A DNA stretch of 64,000 nt from an uncultured Gemmatimonadales bacterium (GCA_963708135.1 OY970192.1:1-64000); one strand, 5' to 3'; counted from the stretch's first letter, positions 47,248 through 57,611 are shown. Made by a program: numbers and translations. The notes: a model not told the origin generated them from the sequence alone.

Positions 47248-48849
47248 TCACCCCTTCGGCACGTGAGCGCCGCACTCCCGAAGCGCTCGCCGCGGCGCCG
47301 GGTGGTAGGGCATGAGCGACGCGGCGGCGCGCGCGTACGGGAGCCGGCGGTGGCACGAGCCGCGCTTCATCATGAGCAGGTCGAGCCGGTAGTTGCCCGG
47401 GTCGAAGCGGAGCGCCAGGTCGACGGTCGCACGGGAAGTGGAGTCGCGCGTGAGGACGATGGCCGTGAGTTGGCCGGCGCTGTAGAGCGTCGTGCCGAGG
47501 ACGAGCAGGACGAGGGCGGCCGAGATGAGGACGCGCCGTCCGGCGGCGAGCGGGCGGGACAGGATCGGGTCGCTGCGAGGCCGGAGCGCGCCCGTGGCCA
47601 CGGCCACGAAGTAGAGCGGCGCGGGGAGCAGCAGCACGGCGTCGAAGGCGCCGGCCACGACGGCGGCGGAGAGCACGCCGAGGAGCGCGATGCCGTCCAG
47701 CGCCTCGTCGGGGTCGGGGCCGCGGACGCGGAAGAGCGCGCCGATGGCGGTGGTGAACCCGGCCAGCAGGAGCAGCAGCGTGCCGATTGGCCCGCGCTCG
47801 ACGAGGAAGGTGACCCAGTCGCTGCTCGGCCACGGGTTGGTCGGGATCGGGTCGTCGGGGTCGAACGCCGGGTCGCCGGGCGTGGTCACGCGCGGATACT
47901 GCACGAACCAGTTGCCGGGGCCCACGCCGAAGATCGGCCGCTTCGCGAGCAGGCGCGCCGAGTTGCTGTACTGGATCAGACGGCCGCGCCCCGAGCCGCC
48001 GCTGTAGTCGGCGAGCCGGCTGAAGGTCTCCGCGTAGGGGCTCGAGGAGCGCCAGTCGAGCTGGTTCGGCAGCACGACGGCGAGCCCGGCGCCGATGGCG
48101 ACGGCGAGGAGCGCGCCCCGCAGCGACCGCGCCCGGCCCCGCAGCGCGCCACGGCCGACGAGGGAGGCGGCGAGCACGACCGCCAGCGCCACCGCCAGCG
48201 CAAGCCACGCGGCGCGGGAGCGCGTGAGCACGATCGCCGCCGCGTCGATGACGAGCGCGAGGAACGTCGCCCACCGACCGAGCGCGGTGCCCGCGCGGAG
48301 CCGCACGAGCAGCAGCAGCGGCAGCGAGATGGCCGTCAGGTGCGCGAGGAAGTTGCGGTTGCCGAACGTCGCCCCCGGCGGTCGCGTCTGCGCGAGGAAC
48401 CACCAGTCCGCGCCGTACGCCTGCGCCACGCCGAGCGCGGCGCCGGCAGCGCCCGCGGCCGCCAGTGCGCCCGCCAGGAAGCGCCCCTGGGCGGGCGCGG
48501 TGCTGCGGGCCGCGAGGAAGACGATGTAGCCGCACAGGCCGAGTCCGAAGCCGGACAGCGCGAGCCAGTGGTTGCGGGCGAGGACGGCGGAGATGCCGCT
48601 CCAGGCGAGGAACGCCGCGAGCAGCACGTCCACCACGTCGCCTTCGATGCGGCGCCAGCCGGGCAGCAGCGCGAGCAGAGAGACGAGCGCCACGACCTCG
48701 AGCGCCAGCGCCTTCGGCACCTGGTGCCGGTCGAGGTCGAAGAGCGGCGAGCGGACGGCGGCCAGCACCACGGCGAGCGCGCCGACGGCGAGCAGGATCG
48801 CCAGCCCGAGCGCGGCGGTGCGGGACGGAGGTGGTCGGACATCGGACAT
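47248..48849 (-). CDS. O-antigen ligase family membrane protein
   Basis: ATFGNRNFLA, LTRSRAAWL, PIFGVGPGNW and LVERGPIG motifs; multi-TM. Confidence 0.85.
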   Translation of the reverse strand: MSDVRPPPSRTAALGLAILLAVGALAVVLAAVRSPLFDLDRHQVPKALALEVVALVSLLALLPGWRRIEGDVVDVLLAAFLAWSGISAVLARNHWLALSGFGLGLCGYIVFLAARSTAPAQGRFLAGALAAAGAAGAALGVAQAYGADWWFLAQTRPPGATFGNRNFLAHLTAISLPLLLLVRLRAGTALGRWATFLALVIDAAAIVLTRSRAAWLALAVALAVVLAASLVGRGALRGRARSLRGALLAVAIGAGLAVVLPNQLDWRSSSPYAETFSRLADYSGGSGRGRLIQYSNSARLLAKRPIFGVGPGNWFVQYPRVTTPGDPAFDPDDPIPTNPWPSSDWVTFLVERGPIGTLLLLLAGFTTAIGALFRVRGPDPDEALDGIALLGVLSAAVVAGAFDAVLLLPAPLYFVAVATGALRPRSDPILSRPLAAGRRVLISAALVLLVLGTTLYSAGQLTAIVLTRDSTSRATVDLALRFDPGNYRLDLLMMKRGSCHRRLPYARAAASLMPYHPAPRRALRECGAHVPKG

Positions 48850-49045
48850 CGCGGGGCGAAGATGGCCGCCGGGCCGTGAGCGGGCAAGTCGCCGCGCATG
48901 CTGCCGCGGCGGGTCGGGCGCGCCCGCGGCGCGAGGCGGAACCCCATCTCCCGGGTGGCGCGGAAGCGCGCGGCACGCCACTATGCCGCCGGAGCGGACG
49001 CGCGTTGCGCGCGCGGTGCGGTGGACAGCCGAAAGGAGGCACCCG

Positions 49046-49570
49046 ATGCGGCCAGGTGAGAAGCGTCCCGGGGCGGACGAGTACGCGCCCTTCTACGCGG
49101 GCTACGTCGCGCGGGTGCCGGAGGGCGACATCGTCGCCGTGCTGGGCGCGCAGCTCGGCGTGACGCGCGTCCTCCTGGAGCACGTCCCCGAGGAGCGCGC
49201 CCTGTACGCCTACGCGCCGGGCAAGTGGACCGTCAAGCAGGTGGTCGGCCACCTGTCGGACACGGAGCGGATGCTGTCGGCACGTGCGCTCCGCTTCGCG
49301 CGCGGCGACAGCACCCCGGTGCCCGGCTTCGACGAGAACGCCTATGCGGACGAGGCCGGCTCGAACGAGCGCAGCCTGGCCTCGCTGCTCGACGACCTCG
49401 AGGCCACCCGCCAGGCGACGGTCGCCTTGCTCGCCGGCCTGCCCGACCACGCCTGGATCCGGCGCGGCGTGGCGAACGGCAAGGAGGTCTCCGTCCGCGC
49501 CCTGGCCTGCATCATCGCCGGCCACGAGCTCCACCACCGCGAGATCCTGAAGACGCGCTATCTGGCGTAG
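49046..49570 (+). CDS. DinB/YfiT family protein
   Basis: YAPGKWTVKQVVGHLSDTER and GHELHH motifs; AAGGAGG RBS. Confidence 0.9.
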   Translation: MRPGEKRPGADEYAPFYAGYVARVPEGDIVAVLGAQLGVTRVLLEHVPEERALYAYAPGKWTVKQVVGHLSDTERMLSARALRFARGDSTPVPGFDENAYADEAGSNERSLASLLDDLEATRQATVALLAGLPDHAWIRRGVANGKEVSVRALACIIAGHELHHREILKTRYLA

Positions 49571-49583
49571 CGGGCACGGGCAC

Positions 49584-50279
49584 ATGTACGGGAAGGGCGA
49601 TCCGGATGGGCGCGGCCGCGAGTACGGCCACGGGCACGCTGCCGGGCACGGGCAGGGGCAAAGAGGCCCCGACCAGGAGCGCTGGCTACGGCGGGCGCGG
49701 TGGCTGATCGGGGCCACGCTCGCGACGAGCGTCCTGGAGGCCGCGATCGGGCTGTGGGCGGCGATCTCGGCCTCCAGCCTGGCGCTGCTCGCGTTCTCGC
49801 TGGACAGCGGGATCGAGATGGCGGCGGGGATCGTGGTGCTGCGGCGGCTGGGGCAGCGCGGGGGAGGCGGCCGGGAGGCCGCGGCGGAGCGGCGGGCCCG
49901 GCGCTTCGTGGGCGTGACGCTGCTGCTGCTCGCCGCCTATGTGGTGGTCGAGGGCATCGTGCGGCTGGCGGGTGGCCATGGCGCGCGGGAGAGTGTGCCG
50001 GGGATCATCGTGGTGGGCGGCTCGCTCGTGCTCATGCCGCTGCTGGCGTGGGGCAAGCTCGGGGCGGCGCGCGCGCTGGGGAGCGGCGCGGTCCGGGCCG
50101 AGGCGATGGAGACGCTCGCGTGCGCCTACCTCTCGGCGGCGGCGCTGGCCGGCCAGCTCGCCACGGCGCTGGCGGGGTGGTGGTGGGCGGACGCGGTGGC
50201 GGCGCTCGTCATGGCGCCGTGGCTCGTCCGCGAGGGGCTGGAGGCGCTCGAGGGAGATGAAGGCGGGGAGGGGGAGTGA
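49584..50279 (+). CDS. Cation efflux (CDF) TM-domain protein
   Basis: FSLDSGIE and WWWADAVAAL motifs; six TM helices; start uncertain. Confidence 0.8.
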   Translation: MYGKGDPDGRGREYGHGHAAGHGQGQRGPDQERWLRRARWLIGATLATSVLEAAIGLWAAISASSLALLAFSLDSGIEMAAGIVVLRRLGQRGGGGREAAAERRARRFVGVTLLLLAAYVVVEGIVRLAGGHGARESVPGIIVVGGSLVLMPLLAWGKLGAARALGSGAVRAEAMETLACAYLSAAALAGQLATALAGWWWADAVAALVMAPWLVREGLEALEGDEGGEGE

Positions 50280-51442
50280 GGAAGGAACGCTACTCGATGT
50301 TCGCGGTTACGGCGCCCGGGCTGGAGCCGCTCGTGCGCGCCGAGCTGGCTGCGCTCGGCATCCGGGCGGTGGCGGAGCCGGGCGGCGTGTCGTGGCGCGG
50401 TCCGCGCGCGGAGCTCTACGCCGCCAACCTGCGCCTGCGCAGCGCGAGCCGCGTGCTGGTCCGGCTCGCCGAGTTCCGGGCGCGCGCCTTCCACGAGCTC
50501 GAGCGCCGCGCCCGCGAGGTGCCCTGGGAGCGCTTCGCGGGCTCCGGCCGGCCGGTCCGGCTGCGGGTGACCAGCCGCCGCTCGAAGCTCTACCACGAGG
50601 GCGCGATCGCCGAGCGGCTGGCCGGCGCGATCGAGGCCGCGGCGGGCGCGTCGCCCGCGGCCGCGGCAGCGCCGTCCGGGGACGAGGAGGAGGATTCGCC
50701 AGGCGACGAGGAGGCGCAGCTCCTCGTGGTCCGCTTCCTCCACGACCGCTGCACGATCAGCGTGGATGCGTCGGGCGCGCCGCTGCACCGGCGCGGCTAC
50801 CGGCAGGCGCTCGGGAGGGCGCCGCTCCGCGAGACGCTGGCCGCGGCCATGCTCCTGGCGGCCGGCTGGCCGGGCGATGCGCCGCTCCTGGACCCGCTCT
50901 GCGGCGCGGGCACGATCCCGATCGAGGCCGCGCTCCTCGGCCGCCGCATCGCGCCGGGCCTGGCGGGAGGCGAGCCCCGGCGCTACGCCTTCGAGGCGTG
51001 GCCGGAGCACTCGGCGGCAGCGTGGGACGATGTGGTGGCGCGGGCGCGCGAGGATATCCTGCCGGCGGCGCCCGCGCCGGTGCTCGGTTCCGACCGCGAC
51101 GCGGGCGCGGTGGCGGCGGCACGGGCGAACGCCGGGCGCGCGGGCGTAGCCGCGGACGTGGAGCTCTCGGTCCGCGCCCTCACCGCCGTCGAGCCGCCGG
51201 CGGGCCCCGGCTGGCTGGTCACGAATCCGCCGTACGGCCGGCGCGTGGGCGATGCGCACGCGCTCCGCGACCTGTACGCCGCGCTCGGCAACCTGGCGCG
51301 CGCCCGGCTGGTCGGCTGGACGGTGGCGCTGCTCTCCGCCGACCGGCGGCTTTCGGGCCAGGCGCGGCTCGCGCTCGACGAGCGCTCGAGGACGCGGAAC
51401 GGTCCCATCCCGGTCCGCATCCTGGTGGGGACGGTCTCGTGA
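50276..51442 (+). CDS. THUMP-domain RNA methyltransferase (RlmL-like)
   Basis: APGLE, LHRRGYR, APLRETLAAAML, DPLCGAGTI and TNPPYG motifs. Confidence 0.9.
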   Translation: MRKERYSMFAVTAPGLEPLVRAELAALGIRAVAEPGGVSWRGPRAELYAANLRLRSASRVLVRLAEFRARAFHELERRAREVPWERFAGSGRPVRLRVTSRRSKLYHEGAIAERLAGAIEAAAGASPAAAAAPSGDEEEDSPGDEEAQLLVVRFLHDRCTISVDASGAPLHRRGYRQALGRAPLRETLAAAMLLAAGWPGDAPLLDPLCGAGTIPIEAALLGRRIAPGLAGGEPRRYAFEAWPEHSAAAWDDVVARAREDILPAAPAPVLGSDRDAGAVAAARANAGRAGVAADVELSVRALTAVEPPAGPGWLVTNPPYGRRVGDAHALRDLYAALGNLARARLVGWTVALLSADRRLSGQARLALDERSRTRNGPIPVRILVGTVS

Positions 51443-51462
51443 ACCAACACGCGGAGGCGATC

Positions 51463-51678
51463 ATGCGGCGGCTCCTACTGCTCCTTCCGGCGCTGCTGGC
51501 GCTTTCCTGCACCGGCGGGGGCCGCGCCGGCGCCACGCCCCCCGACACGGTGAGCAGGTTGAAGGCGGACAGCGCCCTCGGCCGCTCGGGGCTGCCCGGC
51601 GCGAAGGGCGTGTTCAACGCCATGGACGCGGCGGATTCCTTGAACAAGCACAACGAGCTGTACGACACGATCCACTGA
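51463..51678 (+). CDS. Small lipoprotein
   Basis: MRRLLLLLPALLALSC lipobox; GGAGG RBS. Confidence 0.6.
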   Translation: MRRLLLLLPALLALSCTGGGRAGATPPDTVSRLKADSALGRSGLPGAKGVFNAMDAADSLNKHNELYDTIH

Positions 51679-51693
51679 AACGGGAGGCGCGCG

Positions 51694-52425
51694 ATGAGCA
51701 GTCCCGGACGGATCATGCTGGCCGAGGCGATCGGCACGTTCGCCCTCATCTTCATCGGTGTCCTCTCGATCTCGGCGGGGCCGTTCGTGGGCGCGCCGGG
51801 CGCACCGAGCCTGGCCACGATCGCGTTCGCGCACGGCCTGACGATCGCCGTCATGGTGGCCGCGCTCGGCCAGGTCTCCGGCGGCCACTTCAACCCTGCC
51901 GTGACCTTCGGCTTCGTGGTGACGGGACGCCTCGCCCCGGGCATGGGCGCGCTCTACTGGATCGCCCAGCTCGCCGGCGCCACCGCGGCCGGCTTCGCCG
52001 TTGTGGCCATCGCCGGCACCGCCACTGTCGCCACGGGGACGCCCGCGCTCGGCACGGCGGTGAGTCCCGGGATGGCGATCGCGCTCGAGGCGGTCGGCAC
52101 CTTCTTCCTCGTGCTCGTGATCTTCGGCACGGCCGTCGACGAGAGGGCGCCGCGCTCGGTCTATCCGCTCGCCATCGGCCTCACCATCACGCTCGACATC
52201 ATGGCCATCGGCCCGATGACGGGCGGGGCGGTGAACCCGGCGCGCTCCCTCGGCCCGGCGCTCGCCTCGGGCCACTGGGCGGCCGAGTGGGTCTACTGGG
52301 TCGGCCCGCTCCTGGGCGGCGGCGCGGGGGCGCTGGTCGAGCACCTGTTCCTGATCGAGGGCGCGCCCAGCCCCGAAACGGCCGCGCGCGGCGGCCCCGC
52401 CCCCGCAGAGGAGCGCGAGGGCTGA
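51694..52425 (+). CDS. MIP/aquaporin family channel
   Basis: SGGHFNPAVT and VNPARS (two NPA motifs). Confidence 0.95.
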   Translation: MSSPGRIMLAEAIGTFALIFIGVLSISAGPFVGAPGAPSLATIAFAHGLTIAVMVAALGQVSGGHFNPAVTFGFVVTGRLAPGMGALYWIAQLAGATAAGFAVVAIAGTATVATGTPALGTAVSPGMAIALEAVGTFFLVLVIFGTAVDERAPRSVYPLAIGLTITLDIMAIGPMTGGAVNPARSLGPALASGHWAAEWVYWVGPLLGGGAGALVEHLFLIEGAPSPETAARGGPAPAEEREG

Positions 52426-52451
52426 GCCGGGCCGCGCCGGGCGGAGTCGCC

Positions 52452-53117
52452 ATGCCGCCGGAGAAGACGCTCTCGCCGGATGCGGCGCGCGCCTATTACG
52501 ACCGCTTCGGCGCCAGGCAGGACGCGCAGGGCTTCTACGAGGATCCGGCGCTCGATGCGCTCGTCGCCCGCGGGGCGTTCGAGCGGGCGGACGCCGTCTT
52601 CGAGCTCGGCTGCGGGACGGCGCGCCTGGCCGCGCGACTGCTGGATGGCGTGCTGCCCGCCCACGCGCACTACCTCGGCACCGACACGAGCGCTACCATG
52701 CTCCGGCTGGCGCGCGACCGGCTGGCACCCTGGCGGCAGCGGGCGCGTGTCGAGGAGGCCGGGCCCGAGCCGACCGTGCCCGCCGGCGACGCCGCCTTCG
52801 ACCGGTTCGTCTCGACGTACGTGCTCGACCTGCTGCCGGACGCCGCCATCGCGAGGGCACTGGCCGAGGCGCACCGCGTACTCGTGCCCGGCGGCCTCCT
52901 CTGCCTGGCGAGCATCACGCCGGGGATCGGGCCGCTGTCCCGGCTCGTCATGGCCGTCTGGGCCGCCGTCGCCCGGCGACGCCCGGCCTGGGTGGGCGGC
53001 TGCCGCCCGATCGAGCTCGCGGCGCGACTCGCGCCGGAGCGCTGGAACGTGGAGCACAGGTCCGTCGTGACGCCGTGGGGCGTGAGCTCCGAGGTCGTCG
53101 TGGCGCGGCGGACGTGA
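52452..53117 (+). CDS. Class I SAM-dependent methyltransferase
   Basis: [20 protein letters not shown] and VLVPGG motifs. Confidence 0.88.
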   Translation: MPPEKTLSPDAARAYYDRFGARQDAQGFYEDPALDALVARGAFERADAVFELGCGTARLAARLLDGVLPAHAHYLGTDTSATMLRLARDRLAPWRQRARVEEAGPEPTVPAGDAAFDRFVSTYVLDLLPDAAIARALAEAHRVLVPGGLLCLASITPGIGPLSRLVMAVWAAVARRRPAWVGGCRPIELAARLAPERWNVEHRSVVTPWGVSSEVVVARRT

Positions 53118-53151
53118 CGTCGCCTTCATTCGCCGCACGGAGCTTCGAGGC

Positions 53152-53871
53152 ATGAGCGAGCCCCGCTTCATCCCGCTGGCCACCTGGGTCGAGCGGCCGC
53201 CGGAGGAGATGCGGCGGCGCGCTGCCGCGTTCGCCGAGCGCATGCGGCGGCGCCGCACCGTGCGCGATTTCTCCGACCGGCCGATCCCTCCGGGCGTGGT
53301 CGAGGACTGCCTGCGCGCGGCCGCCACGGCGCCGAGCGGCGCGAACATGCAGCCGTGGCGCTTCGTCGTCGTGACCGATGCGGGGGTCAGGCGGCGGATC
53401 CGGCAAGCCGCGGAGGAGGAGGAGCGGGCGTTCTACCGCGAGAAGGCGCCGCCCGAGTGGCTCGAGGCGCTGGCGCCGCTCGGCACGGACGAGAGGAAGC
53501 CGTTCCTCGACACCGCGCCCTGCCTCATCGCCATCTTCGTGCAGCGCTACGGGCTGCTGCCCGATGGGCGACAGGTGAAGCACTACTACGCGACGGAGTC
53601 CGTGGGCATCGCCACCGGATTCCTCATCGCCGGGCTGCACGAGGCCGGACTCGCCACGCTGACCCACACGCCCAGCCCGATGGATTTTCTGAACGAGATC
53701 CTCGGCCGGCCGCGCAACGAGCGGCCGTTCCTGCTGCTCGTGGTCGGATATCCCGCCGACGGGGCGAAGGTGCCGGACATTGGCAGGAAGCCGCTCGAGG
53801 AGGTTGCGACGTTCATCGGGCTCGAGGGTGAGGGAGAGTTTGAGGGTGAGGATTGGGATAGGGGTGAGTGA
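53152..53871 (+). CDS. Nitroreductase family, iodotyrosine deiodinase-like
   Basis: [38 protein letters not shown] and LTHTP motifs. Confidence 0.85.
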   Translation: MSEPRFIPLATWVERPPEEMRRRAAAFAERMRRRRTVRDFSDRPIPPGVVEDCLRAAATAPSGANMQPWRFVVVTDAGVRRRIRQAAEEEERAFYREKAPPEWLEALAPLGTDERKPFLDTAPCLIAIFVQRYGLLPDGRQVKHYYATESVGIATGFLIAGLHEAGLATLTHTPSPMDFLNEILGRPRNERPFLLLVVGYPADGAKVPDIGRKPLEEVATFIGLEGEGEFEGEDWDRGE

Positions 53872-53893
53872 GGGAGGGGGAGAGGGTGAGGGG
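53822..53893. repeat. Degenerate GAGGGT hexamer tract
   Basis: GAGGGTGAGGGAGAGTTTGAGGGTGAGGATTGGGATAGGGGTGAGTGAGGGAGGGGGAGAGGGTGAGGG. Confidence 0.65.
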
Positions 53894-53935
53894 GCCGCGG
53901 CGCTGAATCCTACCAGTCGGACGGGAGATGAGAGA

Positions 53936-54304
53936 ATGGAGCGCGCGACGCACTACCGCTGGGACGAGATGGCGAAGGAGGAGCTCACGCCGCTGCTCGG
54001 GCGGCGGCTCATCACGGGTGAGCGCATGATGCTGGCGCACGTGTACCTGAAGAAGGGATGCGTCGTCCCGAAGCACGCGCACGATAACGAGCAGCTGACC
54101 TACATCCTCGAGGGCGCGCTCCGGTTCCGGCTGGGCGAGGATGGCGCGGAGGAGGTGGTGGTGGGAGCGGGCGAGGTGTTGCACATCCCATCCAACCTGC
54201 CGCACGAGGCGGTGGCCATCGAGGACACGCTGGACGTGGACGTGTTCAGCCCGCCGCGCCAGGACTGGCTCGACAAGAGCGACGCCTACCTGCGCGGGAA
54301 GTAG
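53936..54304 (+). CDS. Cupin domain protein
   Basis: PKHAHDNEQ and IPSNLPHE motifs; DVFSPPRQDW. Confidence 0.9.
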   Translation: MERATHYRWDEMAKEELTPLLGRRLITGERMMLAHVYLKKGCVVPKHAHDNEQLTYILEGALRFRLGEDGAEEVVVGAGEVLHIPSNLPHEAVAIEDTLDVDVFSPPRQDWLDKSDAYLRGK

Positions 54305-54315
54305 GAGGAGCGGCG

Positions 54316-55107
54316 ATGGACTTCGGACTGAAGGGGCGCGTCGCGCTGGTCGCGGCGTCGAGCAAGGGGCTGGGACGCGCGGTCGCGGAGGAGCTGGCGG
54401 CCGAGGGTGCATCGCTCATCCTCAATGCGCGTGGCGCGGAGGAGCTCGAGGCCACCCGCGCGGCGATCGCCGGGGCGAGCGGGGTGGACGTGATCGCCGT
54501 GGCGGCCGACCTCTCGACCCTGGAGGGCGTGCGCGCGCTGACGGACGCCGCGCTGGCTCGCTTCGGCCGCGTGGACATCCTGGTCAACAACGCGGGCGGG
54601 CCGCCGGCGGGGCCGTTCGAGAGCCTCGCGCCGGAGGCGTGGGAGCAGGCGTTCCGGCTCACGCTGCGCAGCGCGGTCGAGCTGACGCGCGCGGTGCTGC
54701 CCGGGATGAAGGAGCGGCGCTGGGGCCGGATCGTCAACATCACCTCGATCACGGTCAAGCAGCCGGTCGAGAACCTGATGCTCTCGAACAGCCTGCGCGC
54801 CGCCGTCACCGGCTTCGCCAAGACGCTGTCCAACGAGGTGGCGTCCGTCGGGGTCACGGTGAACAACGTGCTCCCCGGCTACACCCGCACGGACCGCCTC
54901 GTCGAGCTGGCGGAGAAGACGGCGCGCGACCGCGGCATCGCGCCCGAGCAGGTGAGCAGCCGCTGGACCGAGACCACGCCGGCCGGCCGGCTCGGCGAGC
55001 CGCGCGAGATCGCGGCCGTCGTCGCCTTCCTGGCGTCCGAGCGCGCGAGCTACGTGAACGGCGCCTCGCTGCCCGCGGACGGCGGGTGGATCCGGGCGCT
55101 CTACTGA
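54316..55107 (+). CDS. SDR family oxidoreductase
   Basis: ASSKGLG, LVNNAGGP and LSNSLRAA motifs. Confidence 0.92.
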   Translation: MDFGLKGRVALVAASSKGLGRAVAEELAAEGASLILNARGAEELEATRAAIAGASGVDVIAVAADLSTLEGVRALTDAALARFGRVDILVNNAGGPPAGPFESLAPEAWEQAFRLTLRSAVELTRAVLPGMKERRWGRIVNITSITVKQPVENLMLSNSLRAAVTGFAKTLSNEVASVGVTVNNVLPGYTRTDRLVELAEKTARDRGIAPEQVSSRWTETTPAGRLGEPREIAAVVAFLASERASYVNGASLPADGGWIRALY

Positions 55108-55121
55108 CGGGAGATGCCGCC

Positions 55122-55451
55122 GTGCCCGATGAGCCCGGCGTTCCCGCCGCCGCCGGTGCCGCGCCCGGCGCCGTGCGCCGCTCGCGCGCCGAGCGCTGGG
55201 CGATGGCGGGCATCACGATCGAGTTCATGGCCCTCGTCCGCACGCTGTCGGAGGTGTTCCGGCTGCGCGCCGTCGGCGGCGCCTTCGATCTCGCCGGCGC
55301 CCTGCCATACGTGACGGGCGCGCTCATCGCGGCGGTGTTCTGCTGGGCATCCGTCACGCTCTTCTTCCTGCGCCGCTACCGCACGGCGGCGCTCCTCTCC
55401 GCCGCCCTGGTGGCCGTGCTCCTCGCCTACAAGTTCGTCTGGATGCGCTGA
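55122..55451 (+). CDS. Small hypothetical membrane protein
   Basis: Three hydrophobic segments; GTG start uncertain. Confidence 0.55.
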   Translation: MPDEPGVPAAAGAAPGAVRRSRAERWAMAGITIEFMALVRTLSEVFRLRAVGGAFDLAGALPYVTGALIAAVFCWASVTLFFLRRYRTAALLSAALVAVLLAYKFVWMR

Positions 55452-55487
55452 GCGGGGACCCGGGTCGGGGACGCCCGCGACGCGGCG

Positions 55488-55514
55488 TGTCGATTCGCGC
55501 GGGCCTCGTTCGTC
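55488..55514 (+). promoter_or_regulatory. ECF42-type promoter upstream of yciI-doxX
   Basis: TGTCGA-N17-CGTC, the same motif as at 57075. Confidence 0.7.
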
Positions 55515-55599
55515 GCGTGAGTGGAGCCGGGATGAGAACCGCGGCCGGAAGCCGCCGCGCGAACCCCGGCCTGGAACCCGAACGGGAAGGAGATCCCCC

Positions 55600-56025
55600 A
55601 TGCGATTCCTGGTGATCGTCAAGGCCAACGAGGCCAGCGAGGCCGGCGTGCTGCCGAGCACCGAGATCATCGAGAAGATGGGCCGGTACAACGAGGAGCT
55701 GGTCAAGGCCGGCGTCATGCTCGCGGCGGAGGGGCTGCAGCCGAGCTCGAAGGGCGCGCGCGTGAAGTTCGAGGGCGGGAAGAAGACCGTGACCGACGGG
55801 CCGTTCGCCGAGACCAAGGAGCTCGTCGCCGGGTTCTGGCTGTGGCAGTGCCGCTCCTTCGACGAGGCGCTCGAGTGGCTGAAGCGCGCGCCGTTCGGCG
55901 GCGGCACGGAGGTCGAGCTCCGGCCGGTCTTCGAGCCGGAGGACTTCGGCGAGAACCTCACGCCGGAGCAGCGCGAGCGCGAGGAGCGGCTGCGCGCTCA
56001 GGTCAACGACAGCCTGCGGGGCTGA
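55600..56025 (+). CDS. YciI/DGPF domain protein
   Basis: TDGPFAETKELVAGFW motif. Confidence 0.93.
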   Translation: MRFLVIVKANEASEAGVLPSTEIIEKMGRYNEELVKAGVMLAAEGLQPSSKGARVKFEGGKKTVTDGPFAETKELVAGFWLWQCRSFDEALEWLKRAPFGGGTEVELRPVFEPEDFGENLTPEQREREERLRAQVNDSLRG

Positions 56026-56049
56026 CCCCCCACGGAAAGGAGATCTCCC

Positions 56050-56475
56050 ATGACCACGGCAGCCGTTCGGCCCGCAGTCCCGCCCCTTCCGGTCTCGCGC
56101 GGGAGGCTCTGGACCGGCCGCACTCTGAGCGCGATCGCGATCCTGTTCCTCCTCATGGATGCGACGATCCACGTGCTTCGGATCCAGGCGGTGGCGGAGG
56201 CCTTCGACCGGCTCGGCGTTCCGCTCGGCCTGGCCCTCGCCATCGGCGTGCTCGAGCTGGCGTGCGTGCTCGTCTACGCGTTGCCGCGCACCGCCGTCGT
56301 GGGGGCCGTCCTGCTGACCGGCTATCTCGGCGGCGCAGTCGCCATCCAGCTGCGGGCCGGAAGTCCGCTGTTCGCGGAGACGCTGTTTCCGGTGTACGTG
56401 GGCGTGCTGGTCTGGGGTGGGCTGCTCCTGCGGCGGCCGGGACTCCTGGACGCGGCGTTTCCACCGCGGGCCTGA
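56050..56475 (+). CDS. DoxX family membrane protein
   Basis: PRTAVVGAVLLTGYLGGAVA motif. Confidence 0.88.
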   Translation: MTTAAVRPAVPPLPVSRGRLWTGRTLSAIAILFLLMDATIHVLRIQAVAEAFDRLGVPLGLALAIGVLELACVLVYALPRTAVVGAVLLTGYLGGAVAIQLRAGSPLFAETLFPVYVGVLVWGGLLLRRPGLLDAAFPPRA

Positions 56476-56487
56476 GGCCCGCCGCCG

Positions 56488-56910
56488 TCAGGTCCCGCCA
56501 GTGGTCTCCGGCGCCTGCATGCTGTCCCAGCCAAGCGAGCGCGCCAGGTGGCAGGCCGGCGCCACCTCGCGGATCTCCACGCTCATGCCGTGCTCGAGGC
56601 TCGGGCAGGCGCGCGCGATCGCCGTCGCCTCGTCCAGCGTGAGGCCGGTCAGCAGGAAGTAGCCGCCCACGAGCTCCTTAGCCTCGCTGAACGGGCCATC
56701 CGTGACCCTCTCGCCGCGCGCGCCGGAGACCAGCCGGCCGGCATCCTCCAGCGGCTTGCCGTCCTGGAGGTTGCCGCGCGCGGCCATCGCATCGACCCAG
56801 CCGTTCCAGTGGTCGAGGCACTCCCGCCGCTCCTCGGCCGACATGGCGGCGTAGACCTCGGGCGTGGTCTCGCGGACCAGCAGCAGGTAGTCGGAGGCGT
56901 TCGCGCTCAT
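56488..56910 (-). CDS. YciI/DGPF domain protein
   Basis: TDGPFSEAKELVGGYF motif. Confidence 0.92.
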   Translation of the reverse strand: MSANASDYLLLVRETTPEVYAAMSAEERRECLDHWNGWVDAMAARGNLQDGKPLEDAGRLVSGARGERVTDGPFSEAKELVGGYFLLTGLTLDEATAIARACPSLEHGMSVEIREVAPACHLARSLGWDSMQAPETTGGT

Positions 56911-57074
56911 TGCATACCCTCCCGGACAGGGGCTCGGAGAAATCCCGGTCCCGACGAGTGAAAATGTCCGCTGCGGCCCCGCCGCTTCGCCTGGTCCGGA
57001 CGCGGTCGGGGACGCGAGAATGCGACGCGAGCGCCGCCGGCGTCAAGGGGCGGGACGAGCGGCTGGTCCGCCCC

Positions 57075-57101
57075 TGTCGATTTCCGCCCTCCCTGTTCGT
57101 C
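57075..57101 (+). promoter_or_regulatory. ECF42-type promoter upstream of doxX-sigma
   Basis: TGTCGA-N17-CGTC. Confidence 0.7.
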
Positions 57102-57179
57102 GCACTGGTAGAGGCCGGAAACGACCGCGGCGAGCGCCGCGGAATCGCCCCGGCCGACACCCGAGCCGGGGAGGCAGTG

Positions 57180-57611
57180 ATGAGCTCGACCCACGCGCAG
57201 CACCCGAAGCCGAACGGCGCCCTGCTCTGGGGCCTGCAGGCCCTGCTCGCCACCGTGTTCCTCCTGGCCGGCGGGATGAAGCTTTTCCTGCCCGCCGCCG
57301 CGCTGGCGCAGCAGACGCCCGTGCCGGTTGCGTTCCTCCGCTCCATCGGCGCCTGCGAGGTGCTGGACGCCCTCGGGCTGGTGCTCCCGGGCCTCCTCCG
57401 CATCCGGACGGAGCTGACCTCGCGCGCGGCCGGCGGTCTCGTCATCATCATGATCGGCGCGACCGGTGCCACCGTGGCGACCGGCGCCCTGCTGCCGGCG
57501 CTCGTGCCGCTGGTGCTCGCGCTGCTGGCCGGGACCGTGGCGCGTGGCCGGTGGGGCTGGGCGCCGGCGCCTCGCGGCACGCACCACGCCGTGCTCCACC
57601 CCGCCCGGTGA
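57180..57611 (+). CDS. DoxX family membrane protein
   Basis: LWGLQALLA.VFLLAGGMKL and EVLDALGLVLP motifs. Confidence 0.85.
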   Translation: MSSTHAQHPKPNGALLWGLQALLATVFLLAGGMKLFLPAAALAQQTPVPVAFLRSIGACEVLDALGLVLPGLLRIRTELTSRAAGGLVIIMIGATGATVATGALLPALVPLVLALLAGTVARGRWGWAPAPRGTHHAVLHPAR

